Assembly (NCBI GenBank): GCA_022772305.1
Contig: JALFAQ010000006.1
Coordinates: 5,478 to 69,477, forward strand
Length of the DNA stretch: 64,000 nucleotides
Direction: 5' to 3'
From: Corynebacterium glucuronolyticum
GTDB taxonomy: Bacteria > Actinomycetota > Actinomycetes > Mycobacteriales > Mycobacteriaceae
In this document: positions 53,199 to 63,633 of the stretch, one piece after another
Layout of the letters: each line of letters begins with the position of its first letter
Numbering within the stretch: the first letter of the stretch is position 1
Notes under the pieces: generated by a model
The model's input: the letters and a program-made list of their open reading frames with translations, nothing else
Told to the model about the DNA's origin: nothing
Database searches by the model: none
Program-made: the position numbers and the translations under genes

Positions 53199-53822
53199 TT
53201 ACACGTCCATATCGTCCTCACCGCGGGACATGAAAAACCCTGCGGAGATGAGCATGATGGCCAGAGGGTAGGTGATAACTGCGCCGATGAAGAGGGCGAA
53301 GAAACCGATGACGGCGATGATGCTGGCGAGCACGACGAGTGTCGTTGCGCTCAGTGGCACGGCGCGGAACATCTTCAGCGGCTCCACCACCGCGGCCGTG
53401 AGCGATTTATCGGCTGCGGCAGCGGTGACACCGACGGAGAAGACGAGGGGGATGATCACGCCCACAAACGGGATGAACAGGGAGCTGAGGGACGACAGGG
53501 TCCACATGAGGATGCCGGCGACGGCCGGCTGCCAGTGACAGGGGAAGTAGAAGCTCACTTTCTTTTCACCGCGCCACACGTGTGTGGAGGCATCGGCGAC
53601 GATGCCATGCCACAGCCCCATGAGGACGGAGATGACGGTAGCGAAGAGGATCCGGTCGCCATACTGGAGCTTTGCGCCCAAAATGATGGCTAGGCCGCAA
53701 TACAGGGCGAACGGAAGCGACCAGCACCATAGGTCGCAGGCGTAACGGTCCCACGCCACTTTGAGGGCATCGATCGGGCTGAAGCGGGAATATGTCACCC
53801 GCTCCTTCGATACCACGGACAT
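53199..53822 (-). CDS. hypothetical integral membrane protein
   Basis: Five to six hydrophobic segments; start ATG 53822 (MSVVSKE). The track ORF is over-extended. Confidence 0.5.
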   Translation of the reverse strand: MSVVSKERVTYSRFSPIDALKVAWDRYACDLWCWSLPFALYCGLAIILGAKLQYGDRILFATVISVLMGLWHGIVADASTHVWRGEKKVSFYFPCHWQPAVAGILMWTLSSLSSLFIPFVGVIIPLVFSVGVTAAAADKSLTAAVVEPLKMFRAVPLSATTLVVLASIIAVIGFFALFIGAVITYPLAIMLISAGFFMSRGEDDMDV

Positions 53823-53869
53823 GCGTCTCCTCTCACAGATTGCACCGAGAACTTGCCGTTGAACACGGG

Positions 53870-54568
53870 TTAGGCAGTGTCTCGGGGTACGGCAACAACC
53901 GTCGCTGAGCCGGGTGCCACCTCGGTGAAGCCGGCATCGTGAACAATGACGGCATCGGGCCGGGAGGCCTGCGCCACAAACTCGTCGTGATCGACTTCCC
54001 GCACAGTGAGGGGGAAACCATCTGCGGCCCACAATTCGACTTCGTCGAAGGGGCGGGAAGCTGCGAAGAGCATCGTGGCGTGCCCAACTTGAGCTGCTGC
54101 TTTTCCAAGCGTCATTTTAAGGGACGCATCAATGAATACCCCACAAATTCCCTGGGAACTCCCTTGGTATTCATCGCGCGGAAGGTCGGTGCCGCCGATT
54201 TGGAGCTTGTCCACCCGCGGATCCGTGTCATGTACGGGCGCGGGGACGAACGCGCGGACGGAGGCGGTGCCGTACGTCACCGTGATGCCGGGGACGTCCT
54301 GGATGCGCTCCCAGGCGGTGTTTCGGGCGCGCCTGGTGATCTTGCGGATCCTTTTTCCGTACCACCGCCCAAACTCCGGGTTGTCGGCTGCCCGCGGGTG
54401 GAGGACCGTCGCCACGACGGCTTGGCCCGCTGCGACGAGGACGTCGTTACGGTGGGGTTTGTTATGCTTGGGGAGGTTCACCACGAGCGCCATGGCGTAT
54501 TCTTCCTCGCCGTCAGAGTGGGTGCTGGCGTCCAGGCCGGCGACAAGTGCCTCGTAGGACCGTTTCAC
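53870..54568 (-). CDS. PTH2-like aminoacyl/peptidyl-tRNA hydrolase family protein
   Basis: C-terminal half carries KMTLGKAAAQVGHA and DAGFTEVAPGSATVVAV, typical of the PTH2 fold. The N-terminal half looks like a degenerate second copy. Confidence 0.5.
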   Translation of the reverse strand: MKRSYEALVAGLDASTHSDGEEEYAMALVVNLPKHNKPHRNDVLVAAGQAVVATVLHPRAADNPEFGRWYGKRIRKITRRARNTAWERIQDVPGITVTYGTASVRAFVPAPVHDTDPRVDKLQIGGTDLPRDEYQGSSQGICGVFIDASLKMTLGKAAAQVGHATMLFAASRPFDEVELWAADGFPLTVREVDHDEFVAQASRPDAVIVHDAGFTEVAPGSATVVAVPRDTA

Positions 54569-55681
54569 TTAGAGCACTCCGGCGATCGGCAGGAGCGCGT
54601 CCAGCCGGCCGTGGTTGAGGGAGGTATCCGCCACCTCTTTCAGGGCGGGCTTGGCCATGTAGGCAACGCCGAGGCCGGCCTGGGTGACCATCTCCGCATC
54701 GTTGGCACCGTCGCCAACCGCGATGACGCGCTCCATGGGGATCCGTTCCTTTTCCGCACACGCCTGAGCGAAGCGGGCCTTTTCATGCTTGTCAACGATC
54801 GTCCCCACGACCTTGCCGGACAGCTCACCATTGATCACTTCCAGGGTATTCGCCCGCGAATACGTGATGCCGGCACGCTCGACGAGGAGGTTGAGGACGG
54901 GCGTAAACCCGCCGGAGACGACGGCGGTCGGCCATCCCACCTCGTTGCACGCAGCAATAAGGTCCAGCGCGCCCGGGTTGAATTCGATGGAGTTCGCCAC
55001 CTCGGCGAAGACCGTTTCGGGGATCCCCTCGAGGCAGGCGACACGCTCGCGCAGGGATTCAGCGAAGTCGAGCTCGCCGTGCATGGCGCGGTCGGTGATC
55101 GCAGCTACCTCGGCCTTGCGCCCGGCGTGGGCGGCAAGCTCGTCGATGACCTCGGCGTCGATGAGCGTGGAGTCGCAGTCCATGACGATGAGTTTCCGCG
55201 CAATCTGGTGGCGTCCGGCAGGCACGAGAGCGACGTCCACGCCCGTGCGGCCCGCAAGCTCCCGGATAGCGGTGAGCGTGTCAGTGTCGGGGTCCGTGCG
55301 GAGCGCAACCTGCGCGACGACGACGGTGAGGGGCTCGGTGGCGACGAGATCGATACGGGACGGAATCTCGGTGAGTCCCGCCAGGGCGTCGAGAAGCGAA
55401 AACAGGAGTGGACCCGTAAGCTCCGGGGCCTGCAGGACTAGCCGGTGCGTGGGGACCTCGTGCGGGGTGGCGAGGGTTGTTTCGGGGCGCTGACCGACGT
55501 TGAAAAGTGCGTCCTCAATCCCGTCCGTGTTCTCGAAGGAGCCTTCGGTGCTCATGAGGAGCTGGTCGCCGATGCGCCGGATGGTGAGGCTGGCAAGCGG
55601 TGCCGAGCCGAGGCCGGAAAGGAGCGTTTCCGTGGCCGAGTAGATGTTCGGCCCGACGGTGAGGATGTGGAAAGCAGTCAT
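54569..55681 (-). CDS. serB: phosphoserine phosphatase with N-terminal ACT-like domains
   Basis: HAD motifs DCDSTLI, SGGF, GDGANDAEM; start ATG 55681 (alternative GTG 55690). Confidence 0.8.
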   Translation of the reverse strand: MTAFHILTVGPNIYSATETLLSGLGSAPLASLTIRRIGDQLLMSTEGSFENTDGIEDALFNVGQRPETTLATPHEVPTHRLVLQAPELTGPLLFSLLDALAGLTEIPSRIDLVATEPLTVVVAQVALRTDPDTDTLTAIRELAGRTGVDVALVPAGRHQIARKLIVMDCDSTLIDAEVIDELAAHAGRKAEVAAITDRAMHGELDFAESLRERVACLEGIPETVFAEVANSIEFNPGALDLIAACNEVGWPTAVVSGGFTPVLNLLVERAGITYSRANTLEVINGELSGKVVGTIVDKHEKARFAQACAEKERIPMERVIAVGDGANDAEMVTQAGLGVAYMAKPALKEVADTSLNHGRLDALLPIAGVL

Positions 55682-55759
55682 AAAACCCACTTTAACAAGC
55701 GAATCCCCGTAGGTAGGAACCTACGGGGATAGTGCTAGTTGTTTACAGGAGTGAAGCTC

Positions 55760-57454
55760 CTAGTGCCTTCCGACGTGCATCTCAGCGCGGGCCTGCTCAA
55801 CGAGGTGCGGGTAGTGCAGCTCGAAGGCCGGACGCTCGGAGCGGATGCGCGGCAGGGAGGTGAAGTTGTGGCTCGGCGGCGGGCAGGAGGTTGCCCACTC
55901 GAGGGAGTTGCCGTAGCCCCACGGATCGTCGACGGTGACGACCTCGCCGTAGCGCCAGCTCTTGAACACGTTCCAGAAGAACGGGAGAACCGAGATGCCG
56001 AGGAGGAGGGAGCCAACCGTGGAGACCTGGTTAAGGAAGGTGAAGCCGTCGGTGTCGAGGTAGTCGGCGTAACGACGTGACATACCCATGTTGCCCAGCC
56101 AGTGCTGAACCAAGAAGGTCAAGTGGAAACCGATGAAGGTCAACCAGAAGTGAACCTTGCCCAGCGTCTCGTCCAGCATGCGACCCGTCATCTTGGGGAA
56201 CCAGAAGTACACGCCGGCGGTAGCGGACAGGAAGATTGTACCGAACAGGGTGTAGTGGAAGTGTGCCACCAGGAAGTAGGATTCAGCGATGTGGAAGTCC
56301 AGCGGCGGGGAAGCCAGCATAATGCCGGTCATGCCACCAAAGAGGAACGTTGCCAGGAAGCCGACGGTCCAGAGCATCGGGGTCTCCATCGTGATGTGAC
56401 CCTTCCACATGGTGCCAACCCAGTTGAAGAACTTCATGCCGGTAGGAACGGCGATGAGGAACGTCATGAAGGAGAAGAACGGAAGGAGCACAGCGCCCGT
56501 CGGGTACAGGTGGTGAGCCCACACAGCCATCGACAGACCACCGATGGACAGCGTTGCGAAGATCAGGCCGACGTAGCCGAACATCGGCTTGCGGCTGAAG
56601 ACCGGAATAATCTCAGAAACAATACCGAAGAACGGCAGTGCCAGGACGTACACCTCAGGGTGTCCGAAGAACCAGAAGAGGTGCTGCCACAGCAGTGCGC
56701 CACCGTTACCGGCCGAGAAGATGTGGCCGCCCAGCTTGCGGTCGTACAGTACGCCAAGAGCGGCGGCGGTAAGAACCGGGAAGATAAGGAGAGCGATCAC
56801 GGAAGCAACGAAGATGTTCCAGACGAAGATCGGCATACGGAACATCGTCATGCCCGGTGCGCGGAGGCAGAGGATGGTGGTGACCATGTTGATGGCGGAA
56901 GCAAGCGTACCAACACCGGTAGCGCCCACGCCCACGATCCAGAAGTCGGTGCCTACGCCAGGAGAGTGGATGGCATCGTTCAGCGGAGCGTAAATGGTCC
57001 AGCCGAAGTCACCGGCACCGCCTGGGGTAACGAAGCCGGCACAGAAGGCAACAATGCCGACCTGGGTAATCCAGAAACCGAATGCGTTCAGACGCGGGAA
57101 AGCCACGTCGGGGGCACCGATCTGGAGAGGAACAATGTAGTTAGCAAAGCCCCACACAATCGGCGTGCCGTATGCCAGCAGCATGATTGTGCCATGCATG
57201 GTGAACAGCTGGTTGTACTGCTCGTTGGACAAGAACTGCATTCCGGGGTGGAACAGCTCGGCACGAATGAGAAGGGCCATGATGCCACCGATCACGTACC
57301 ATACGTAGCACATGACGATGTACATAATGCCCAGCAGCTTATGGTCCGTCGTGGTGAGCAATTCCCAGAAGATATTGCCCCTACGACCGGTACCGTGCGG
57401 TAGTGGCCGTTCGGGTGCGACCTCGCGGTCTACCCTTGGCGCAACAGCGGTCAT
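55760..57454 (-). CDS. ctaD: cytochrome c oxidase (aa3) subunit I
   Basis: Canonical CoxI sequence ([24 protein letters not shown]-type His ligands); ATG 57454 preceded by GGAGGA. Confidence 0.9.
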   Translation of the reverse strand: MTAVAPRVDREVAPERPLPHGTGRRGNIFWELLTTTDHKLLGIMYIVMCYVWYVIGGIMALLIRAELFHPGMQFLSNEQYNQLFTMHGTIMLLAYGTPIVWGFANYIVPLQIGAPDVAFPRLNAFGFWITQVGIVAFCAGFVTPGGAGDFGWTIYAPLNDAIHSPGVGTDFWIVGVGATGVGTLASAINMVTTILCLRAPGMTMFRMPIFVWNIFVASVIALLIFPVLTAAALGVLYDRKLGGHIFSAGNGGALLWQHLFWFFGHPEVYVLALPFFGIVSEIIPVFSRKPMFGYVGLIFATLSIGGLSMAVWAHHLYPTGAVLLPFFSFMTFLIAVPTGMKFFNWVGTMWKGHITMETPMLWTVGFLATFLFGGMTGIMLASPPLDFHIAESYFLVAHFHYTLFGTIFLSATAGVYFWFPKMTGRMLDETLGKVHFWLTFIGFHLTFLVQHWLGNMGMSRRYADYLDTDGFTFLNQVSTVGSLLLGISVLPFFWNVFKSWRYGEVVTVDDPWGYGNSLEWATSCPPPSHNFTSLPRIRSERPAFELHYPHLVEQARAEMHVGRH

Positions 57455-57473
57455 TAGTTCCTCCTGACTTAGC

Positions 57474-57505
57474 GTCGAGGTGTGCAACTAGCTACACACC
57501 TCGAC
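57474..57505 (-). promoter_or_regulatory. 11-bp perfect stem-loop in the ctaD 5' leader
   Basis: GTCGAGGTGTG (57474-57484) pairs with CACACCTCGAC (57495-57505), 10-nt loop, ending about 8 nt upstream of the ctaD Shine-Dalgarno. Confidence 0.5.
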
Positions 57506-57810
57506 AGCTTTCGTTTCATACTTCTTTGAACTTTAATCCAATGTCCCCCACATTTTCCAGTGCCTAGAGCACCCCAAAAATTCACTTCAACCCCGTCTTT
57601 TTCACCCAACCGTAACGGATGTGACATGAATCCGCAGGTAGCTGCGCTCGCTTATTATCTTTTCCAATTTTGATCACTCATTCCTACGGAAAAACCTGAC
57701 CAAAAAGGTTGCCCCAATACCGCTTTAGTTGTCCCCCGCTCTAAGTAAATCGAATGGTTGATACCCCGTGATTGTTCAACGGATACCATATATATAAAGA
57801 CATCGACACG

Positions 57811-57852
57811 AAACGGCCGCGGTCGGAAACACTCCGACCGCGGCCGTTTTTC
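57811..57852. terminator. strong bidirectional terminator downstream of nrdF
   Basis: 17-bp perfect stem AAACGGCCGCGGTCGGA / TCCGACCGCGGCCGTTT with 5-nt loop, T-runs on both strands. Confidence 0.75.
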
Positions 57853-57874
57853 CTCTCTAGGCAATCAGCACTGG

Positions 57875-58954
<1,080 letters not shown>

Positions 58955-59171
58955 TCATCCTCCCTTTTTTGCTTGTCGACGCTCCCCTGCCGGACCATCA
59001 CCCCTAAAAATGTCGCCGAACACACACAAAGGGGGTAACCCAAGGGTTGAATGTGTCACAAATGTGCTGGAAAATCATATGATCTTTGAGAATTTCAGAC
59101 AAACACCAAATAAGATGATCATTAAGTACATAGCCACAGCAACCGACTCCCCACCACCCAAAGGAGACCCC

Positions 59172-59897
59172 ATGGCCCTGTCACGTCACACCAATCAGGC
59201 CACCCCCAAGCTCGAATCCGTCCTGGATACCCTAGGGGCCGACATTGTCTCCGGAGTGATCGCCGCCAGCACGACGTTTACCCTCCAGGACCTGTCCGAT
59301 AAGTACTCCATTTCCCGCACCGTCGCCCGCGAGGCCATGCGTGCGCTGGAGCAGCTCGGACTGGCGAAGTCCTCCCGTCGCGTAGGGATTACTGTTCTCC
59401 CCAAAGAGAACTGGTCGGTTTTCAACGATGACATCATCTCCTGGCGCCTTGCCTCCCCCGAAAAACGCGACGCGCAATTGCTCTCCCTCACCGAGCTCCG
59501 CGTCGGCATTGAGCCGATGGCCGCACGTCTCATGGCCTGCCGTGGCACGGAAGAGCAGTGCAAGGAGCTGCGGCTTCTGGGCGAGAAGATTTACCAGCTT
59601 GGTCAGCGCGCCATGGGCAACACCGACCAGTTCCTCGATGCGGACATCCGCTACCACACCCTCCTCCTCGAGGGCAGCGGCAACGAGATGTTTATGAGCC
59701 TCGCCCCCACCATCGCCGCCGTTCTCGTCGGGCGCACCCGCACCGGCCGCATGCCACACACCCCGCACCCCACGGCGATGCACATGCACCGCGAGCTGGC
59801 TAACGCGATCTCCATGAAGGACCCCGACCGCGCCGAGCTTGCCTCCCAGGCCATTCTTGCCGAGGTCCGCGAGACGCTCACTGCCAACGCGCAATAG
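59172..59897 (+). CDS. GntR/FadR-family transcriptional regulator (FCD domain)
   Basis: wHTH LQDLSDKYSISRTVAREAMRALEQLGL plus FCD-type C-terminus; ATG 59172 preceded by AAGGAG; divergent from nrdF. Confidence 0.75.
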   Translation: MALSRHTNQATPKLESVLDTLGADIVSGVIAASTTFTLQDLSDKYSISRTVAREAMRALEQLGLAKSSRRVGITVLPKENWSVFNDDIISWRLASPEKRDAQLLSLTELRVGIEPMAARLMACRGTEEQCKELRLLGEKIYQLGQRAMGNTDQFLDADIRYHTLLLEGSGNEMFMSLAPTIAAVLVGRTRTGRMPHTPHPTAMHMHRELANAISMKDPDRAELASQAILAEVRETLTANAQ

Positions 59898-59962
59898 CCC
59901 AAAATAAAAGTAAACCCCCACATCAGCGGTAAAAACCGCTCCGTGGGGGTGTTTTCGACGTT

Positions 59963-62119
59963 CTAGAGCATGCAGGAGACGCAGCCTTCGACCTCGGTGC
60001 CCTCGAGGGCGACCTGGCGAAGTCGGATGTAGTACAGCGTCTTGATGCCGTGCGTCCAGGCGTAGATCTGTGCCCGGTTGATGTCACGGGTGGTGGCCGT
60101 GTCCTTGAAGAACAAGGTGAGTGACAAGCCCTGGTCGACGTACTTGGTGGCTACCGCATACGTGTCGATGATGGCCTTGTAGCCGATCTCGTAGGCATCC
60201 TTGAAGTACTCCAGGTTGTCGTTATCCATGTGCGGTGCCGGGTAGTACACGCGACCAATCTTGCCTTCCTTGCGGATCTCGATACGGGAGGCGATCGGGT
60301 GGATGGACGAGGTGGAGTTGTTGATGTAGGAGATGGAGCCCGTCGGCGGGACGGCCTGCAGGTAGCGGTTGTAGAGGCCGTTTTCCATGACGTCTGCCTT
60401 GAGAGCTGCCCAGTCCTCCGCCGTGGGCACGTGCACCGACGAGTTTTCGAAGATGCCCTTCACCTTGTCCGTTGTCGGGACGAAGGTGGCGGGATCGTAG
60501 CGGTCGAAGAACGCACCGGAGGCGTAGTCGCTCGTCTCAAACTTGGAGAACGTCTCGCCGCGCTCCTTGGCAATCTTGTTGGAGGCGCGCAGGCACTGGT
60601 ACATGACGGCTGCGAAGTAGGCGTTGGTGAAGTCGAGTGCTTCCTCGCTGCCGTAGTGGATGTGCTCGCGGCCGAGGTAGCCGTGCAGGTTCATCTGGCC
60701 CAGGCCGATAGCGTGGGCGTTATCGTTGCCCTTCTTGATGGAGGGCACCGAGTCGATGGAGGTCTGCTCACTGACCGCCGTGAGGCCACGGATAGCGGTC
60801 TCGATGGTGGTGGCGAAGTCATCAGAATCCATCGCCATGGCGATGTTCAGGGAGCCAAGGTTGCAGGAGATGTCCTCGCCGACCGTTGCGTAGCTCAGGT
60901 CCGCGTTGTACTCGGACGGCGTTGCCACCTGGAGGATCTCGGAGCACAGGTTGGACTGCGTGACGCGACCCTCGATGGGGTTGGCGCGGTTCACCGTGTC
61001 CTCGAACATGATGTACGGGTAGCCGGACTCGAACTGGATTTCCGCCAGCGTCTGGAAGAAGTGGCGGGCGTTCGTCTTCGTCTTGTGAATCCGCGGATCC
61101 TCGACCATCTCGTAGTAGTGCTCGGAGATCGGGACATCGGCGAAGGCCTTGCCGTACACGCGCTCTACGTCGTACGGGGAGAACAAGTACATATCGTCAT
61201 TTTTCTTGGCCAGCTCGAAGGTGATGTCCGGGATGACAACACCAAGGGAGAGGGTCTTGATGCGGATCTTCTCGTCGGCGTTTTCGCGCTTGGTGTCCAG
61301 GAACTTCATGATGTCCGGGTGGTGCGCGTGCAGGTAGACGGCACCGGCACCCTGGCGGGCACCGAGCTGGTTGGCGTAGGAGAAGGAATCCTCAAGGAGC
61401 TTCATGACGGGGATGACGCCGGAGGACTGGTTCTCGATCTTCTTAATCGGGGCACCCTCTTCGCGGAGGTTGCTGAGCAGCAGGGCGACGCCGCCACCGC
61501 GCTTGGACAGCTGCAGGGCGGAGTTGATGGCGCGGCCGATGGACTCCATGTTGTCCTCGATGCGCAGCAGGAAGCAGCTCACCGGCTCGCCGCGCTGGCG
61601 CTTGCCGGAGTTCAAGAACGTCGGGGTGGCCGGCTGGAAGCGGCCGAGGATAATCTCGTCGACGAGGTGGCGGGCGAGGTCCTCGTCGCCGTCGGCAAGC
61701 GTGAGGGCGACCATGCAGACGCGGTCCTCGAAGCGCTCAAGGTAACGCTGACCGTCGAACGTCTTCAGCGTGTAGGAAGTGTAGTACTTGTACGCGCCGA
61801 GGAAGGTCTTAAACCGGAACTTGTGCGCGTAGGCCTGGTCAAACAGGCTCTTGACGAACTCGAAGTCGTACTTGTCCAGTACCTCACGCTCGTAGTAATC
61901 GTTATCCACCAGGTAGGTGAGCTTCTCCTGGAGGTTGTGGAAGAAGACGGTGTTTTGGTTGACGTGCTGAAGGAAGAACTGACGCGCGGCGGCGCGGTCC
62001 TTATCAAACTGAATCTTGCCGTCGTCGTCATAGAGATTCAAAAGAGCGTTAAGCGCGTGGTAGTCGATCTGCTCTCCGGACTTCACCGGCTCCGCTACTG
62101 TTTTTCCCAGATCACTCAT
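59963..62119 (-). CDS. nrdE: class Ib ribonucleotide reductase alpha subunit
   Basis: 718 aa, NrdE N-terminus ([13 protein letters not shown]), active site NLCSEI, C-terminal CxxC-like tail (VEGCVSCML). Confidence 0.9.
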   Translation of the reverse strand: MSDLGKTVAEPVKSGEQIDYHALNALLNLYDDDGKIQFDKDRAAARQFFLQHVNQNTVFFHNLQEKLTYLVDNDYYEREVLDKYDFEFVKSLFDQAYAHKFRFKTFLGAYKYYTSYTLKTFDGQRYLERFEDRVCMVALTLADGDEDLARHLVDEIILGRFQPATPTFLNSGKRQRGEPVSCFLLRIEDNMESIGRAINSALQLSKRGGGVALLLSNLREEGAPIKKIENQSSGVIPVMKLLEDSFSYANQLGARQGAGAVYLHAHHPDIMKFLDTKRENADEKIRIKTLSLGVVIPDITFELAKKNDDMYLFSPYDVERVYGKAFADVPISEHYYEMVEDPRIHKTKTNARHFFQTLAEIQFESGYPYIMFEDTVNRANPIEGRVTQSNLCSEILQVATPSEYNADLSYATVGEDISCNLGSLNIAMAMDSDDFATTIETAIRGLTAVSEQTSIDSVPSIKKGNDNAHAIGLGQMNLHGYLGREHIHYGSEEALDFTNAYFAAVMYQCLRASNKIAKERGETFSKFETSDYASGAFFDRYDPATFVPTTDKVKGIFENSSVHVPTAEDWAALKADVMENGLYNRYLQAVPPTGSISYINNSTSSIHPIASRIEIRKEGKIGRVYYPAPHMDNDNLEYFKDAYEIGYKAIIDTYAVATKYVDQGLSLTLFFKDTATTRDINRAQIYAWTHGIKTLYYIRLRQVALEGTEVEGCVSCML

Positions 62120-62541
62120 GGTTTAAGTCCTAGCCTTTCAGCATTGTCTACAATTCCCCGTTTGACGTTTTCGACGTCTTCCGGAGTTCCTAACAATTCA
62201 AATCGATATAGGTACGGAACCTTGCACTTCCGGCTGATGACGGTTCCCGAGGTTCCGAAGTCCGGGCCGAAGTTCAGGTTCCCCGACGAGACTACGCCAC
62301 GAATGAGGTCCCGGTTGTGCTTGTTATTGAGGAAGTGGATCACCTGCACGGGAACGGGCTTTGGTGGCTCGCCGCGCATGCTCACCCCTCCCCCGTACGT
62401 CGGGCAAATGAGCACGTACGGCTCGTCGACGATGAGATCCGGGTCCTTCCTCTTGAGCGGAATTCTCGCGCTCGGAAGTCCTAGCTTGTCGACGAATTTT
62501 TTGGTGTTCTCCGTAGTCGAGGAGAAGTACACCACGAGCAT
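62116..62541 (-). CDS. nrdI: class Ib RNR flavodoxin-like protein NrdI
   Basis: [20 protein letters not shown], 141 aa, ATGA overlap with nrdE. Confidence 0.85.
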   Translation of the reverse strand: MLVVYFSSTTENTKKFVDKLGLPSARIPLKRKDPDLIVDEPYVLICPTYGGGVSMRGEPPKPVPVQVIHFLNNKHNRDLIRGVVSSGNLNFGPDFGTSGTVISRKCKVPYLYRFELLGTPEDVENVKRGIVDNAERLGLKP

Positions 62542-62720
62542 GTCTCGATCACACCTTTTCTACGCTTGTGTTACCCACTGAAAAGCCCGCCCGATAAGGA
62601 CGAATAGGGTCGAAATTATCAAGCGGGCTACTGCATTTGGTGCTTCTGCTTGCACCACTGTCAGCCCTCGTATCGAGGAGCTGACCTCGTGATGTTCAGT
62701 TTTTGTGGCGTTAACGCCTG

Positions 62721-62954
62721 CTAGGCAGCCTTCTCCGCGATCTCACGGATGCGGTCGGGGCGGAACCCGGACCAGTGATCGTCGTCAACAGTGACAACCG
62801 GTGCTTGAAGGTAACCGAGGGCCATGACATAGTCGCGAGCCTCGTCATCCATGGAGATATCCACAACGGTGTAGTTCAGGCCGGCCTTATCTAGTGCCCT
62901 CTTGGTTGCTCGGCACTGCATGCACGCGGGCTTGGTGTACAGGGTGATAGACAT
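62721..62954 (-). CDS. nrdH: glutaredoxin-like protein NrdH
   Basis: 77 aa, redox motif CMQC, WSGFRPD signature. Confidence 0.85.
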   Translation of the reverse strand: MSITLYTKPACMQCRATKRALDKAGLNYTVVDISMDDEARDYVMALGYLQAPVVTVDDDHWSGFRPDRIREIAEKAA

Positions 62955-63062
62955 CGCGCTTTTTACCTTCTACTCGATCCAGGGTTTGCTTCTGCGAACC
63001 TTCAACGGGAATTACATCGGCTATTTGTGCCGGGAACTCGCTGTCGTTCGTGACAGGTACTA

Positions 63063-63110
63063 ACACTATCCGTTGGGGTGAGTTTTCGCAATATCTACTA
63101 CATGTAGTAG
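63063..63110. promoter_or_regulatory. pair of NrdR-box-like sites upstream of nrdH (ACACTATCCGTTGGGG and CTACTACATGTAGTAG), 32 bp apart
   Basis: Both fit the published NrdR consensus acaCwAtATaTwGtgt in the central positions. The second is a perfect 16-bp palindrome. 32-bp start-to-start spacing is typical of tandem NrdR boxes. Confidence 0.5.
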
Positions 63111-63147
63111 TTACAAAAGTGAAATTCCCAGGTTGTTTTCCAAAACG

Positions 63148-63163
63148 ACACTACATCTTGACG
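63148..63163. promoter_or_regulatory. third NrdR-box-like site (ACACTACATCTTGACG)
   Basis: Matches acaCwA.AT.TwG core; 53 bp from the palindromic box. Confidence 0.35.
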
Positions 63164-63402
63164 TGAGTTACAAGAATGGAATTACACACGGACGATTACA
63201 TTCTGTGTAACCGCTGGTCGCCGGGATTTACTGTTACCAAATCGTTATAATCGGCACATGTGAGACCGCTCACGCCCCCACAGGAGTTAACTTACTTATC
63301 TGAAATAAACCTATTAACCAGACGTAACATTACGAAAGGGTAACCAACGCAAAAAAGCGCCGCCCCAACCGAATGGGACGGCACCTAAAACGTCGCTAAC
63401 TT

Positions 63403-63525
63403 CTAGCCCTGGCGAGCCTTGAATCGCGGGTCACGCTTGTTAATGACGTAAACCTTACCGCGACGGCGCACAACCTGGGCGCCCGGCTTTTTCTTCAGCG
63501 ACCGAAGGGAGTTACGGACCTTCAT
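63403..63525 (-). CDS. rpmJ: 50S ribosomal protein L36, Cys-less (C-minus, YkgO-type) paralog
   Basis: [40 protein letters not shown], 40 aa, no Cys/His zinc ribbon; AAGGAG upstream of ATG 63525. Confidence 0.8.
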   Translation of the reverse strand: MKVRNSLRSLKKKPGAQVVRRRGKVYVINKRDPRFKARQG

Positions 63526-63633
63526 TGGGCGCTCCTTTCTCGTCTGCGCATCATTATTTACTGAACCACGGTGGCCCAGTACGAACACGAGGAACCATGA
63601 TAGCGAGGTTTGGCAAAATCTCCAAACCCGCCC

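Noticed and set aside
57655-57864. 69-aa ORF in the AT-rich nrdF-ctaD spacer
   Set aside because: It overlaps the 17-bp-stem terminator, has atypical composition and no start context. It is most likely non-coding.
60230-62581. 783-aa plus-strand ORF opposite nrdE/nrdI, and similar long antisense ORFs (2357..3382, 5048..6082, 24287..25378, 31338..32399, 53939..55441, 56102..57403, 57758..58867)
   Set aside because: All lie opposite genes with unmistakable family motifs, are Arg/Gly/Val/Asp/His-rich as expected for reverse-frame translation of high-GC codons, and show no recognisable domains.
63526-63633. Zur box upstream of the C-minus L36 gene
   Set aside because: Only a short AAATAATGATG element and a GGTTTGG/CCAAACC hairpin (probably the terminator of the upstream transporter) are visible. 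There is no clear palindromic Zur operator, so it is not called as a feature.
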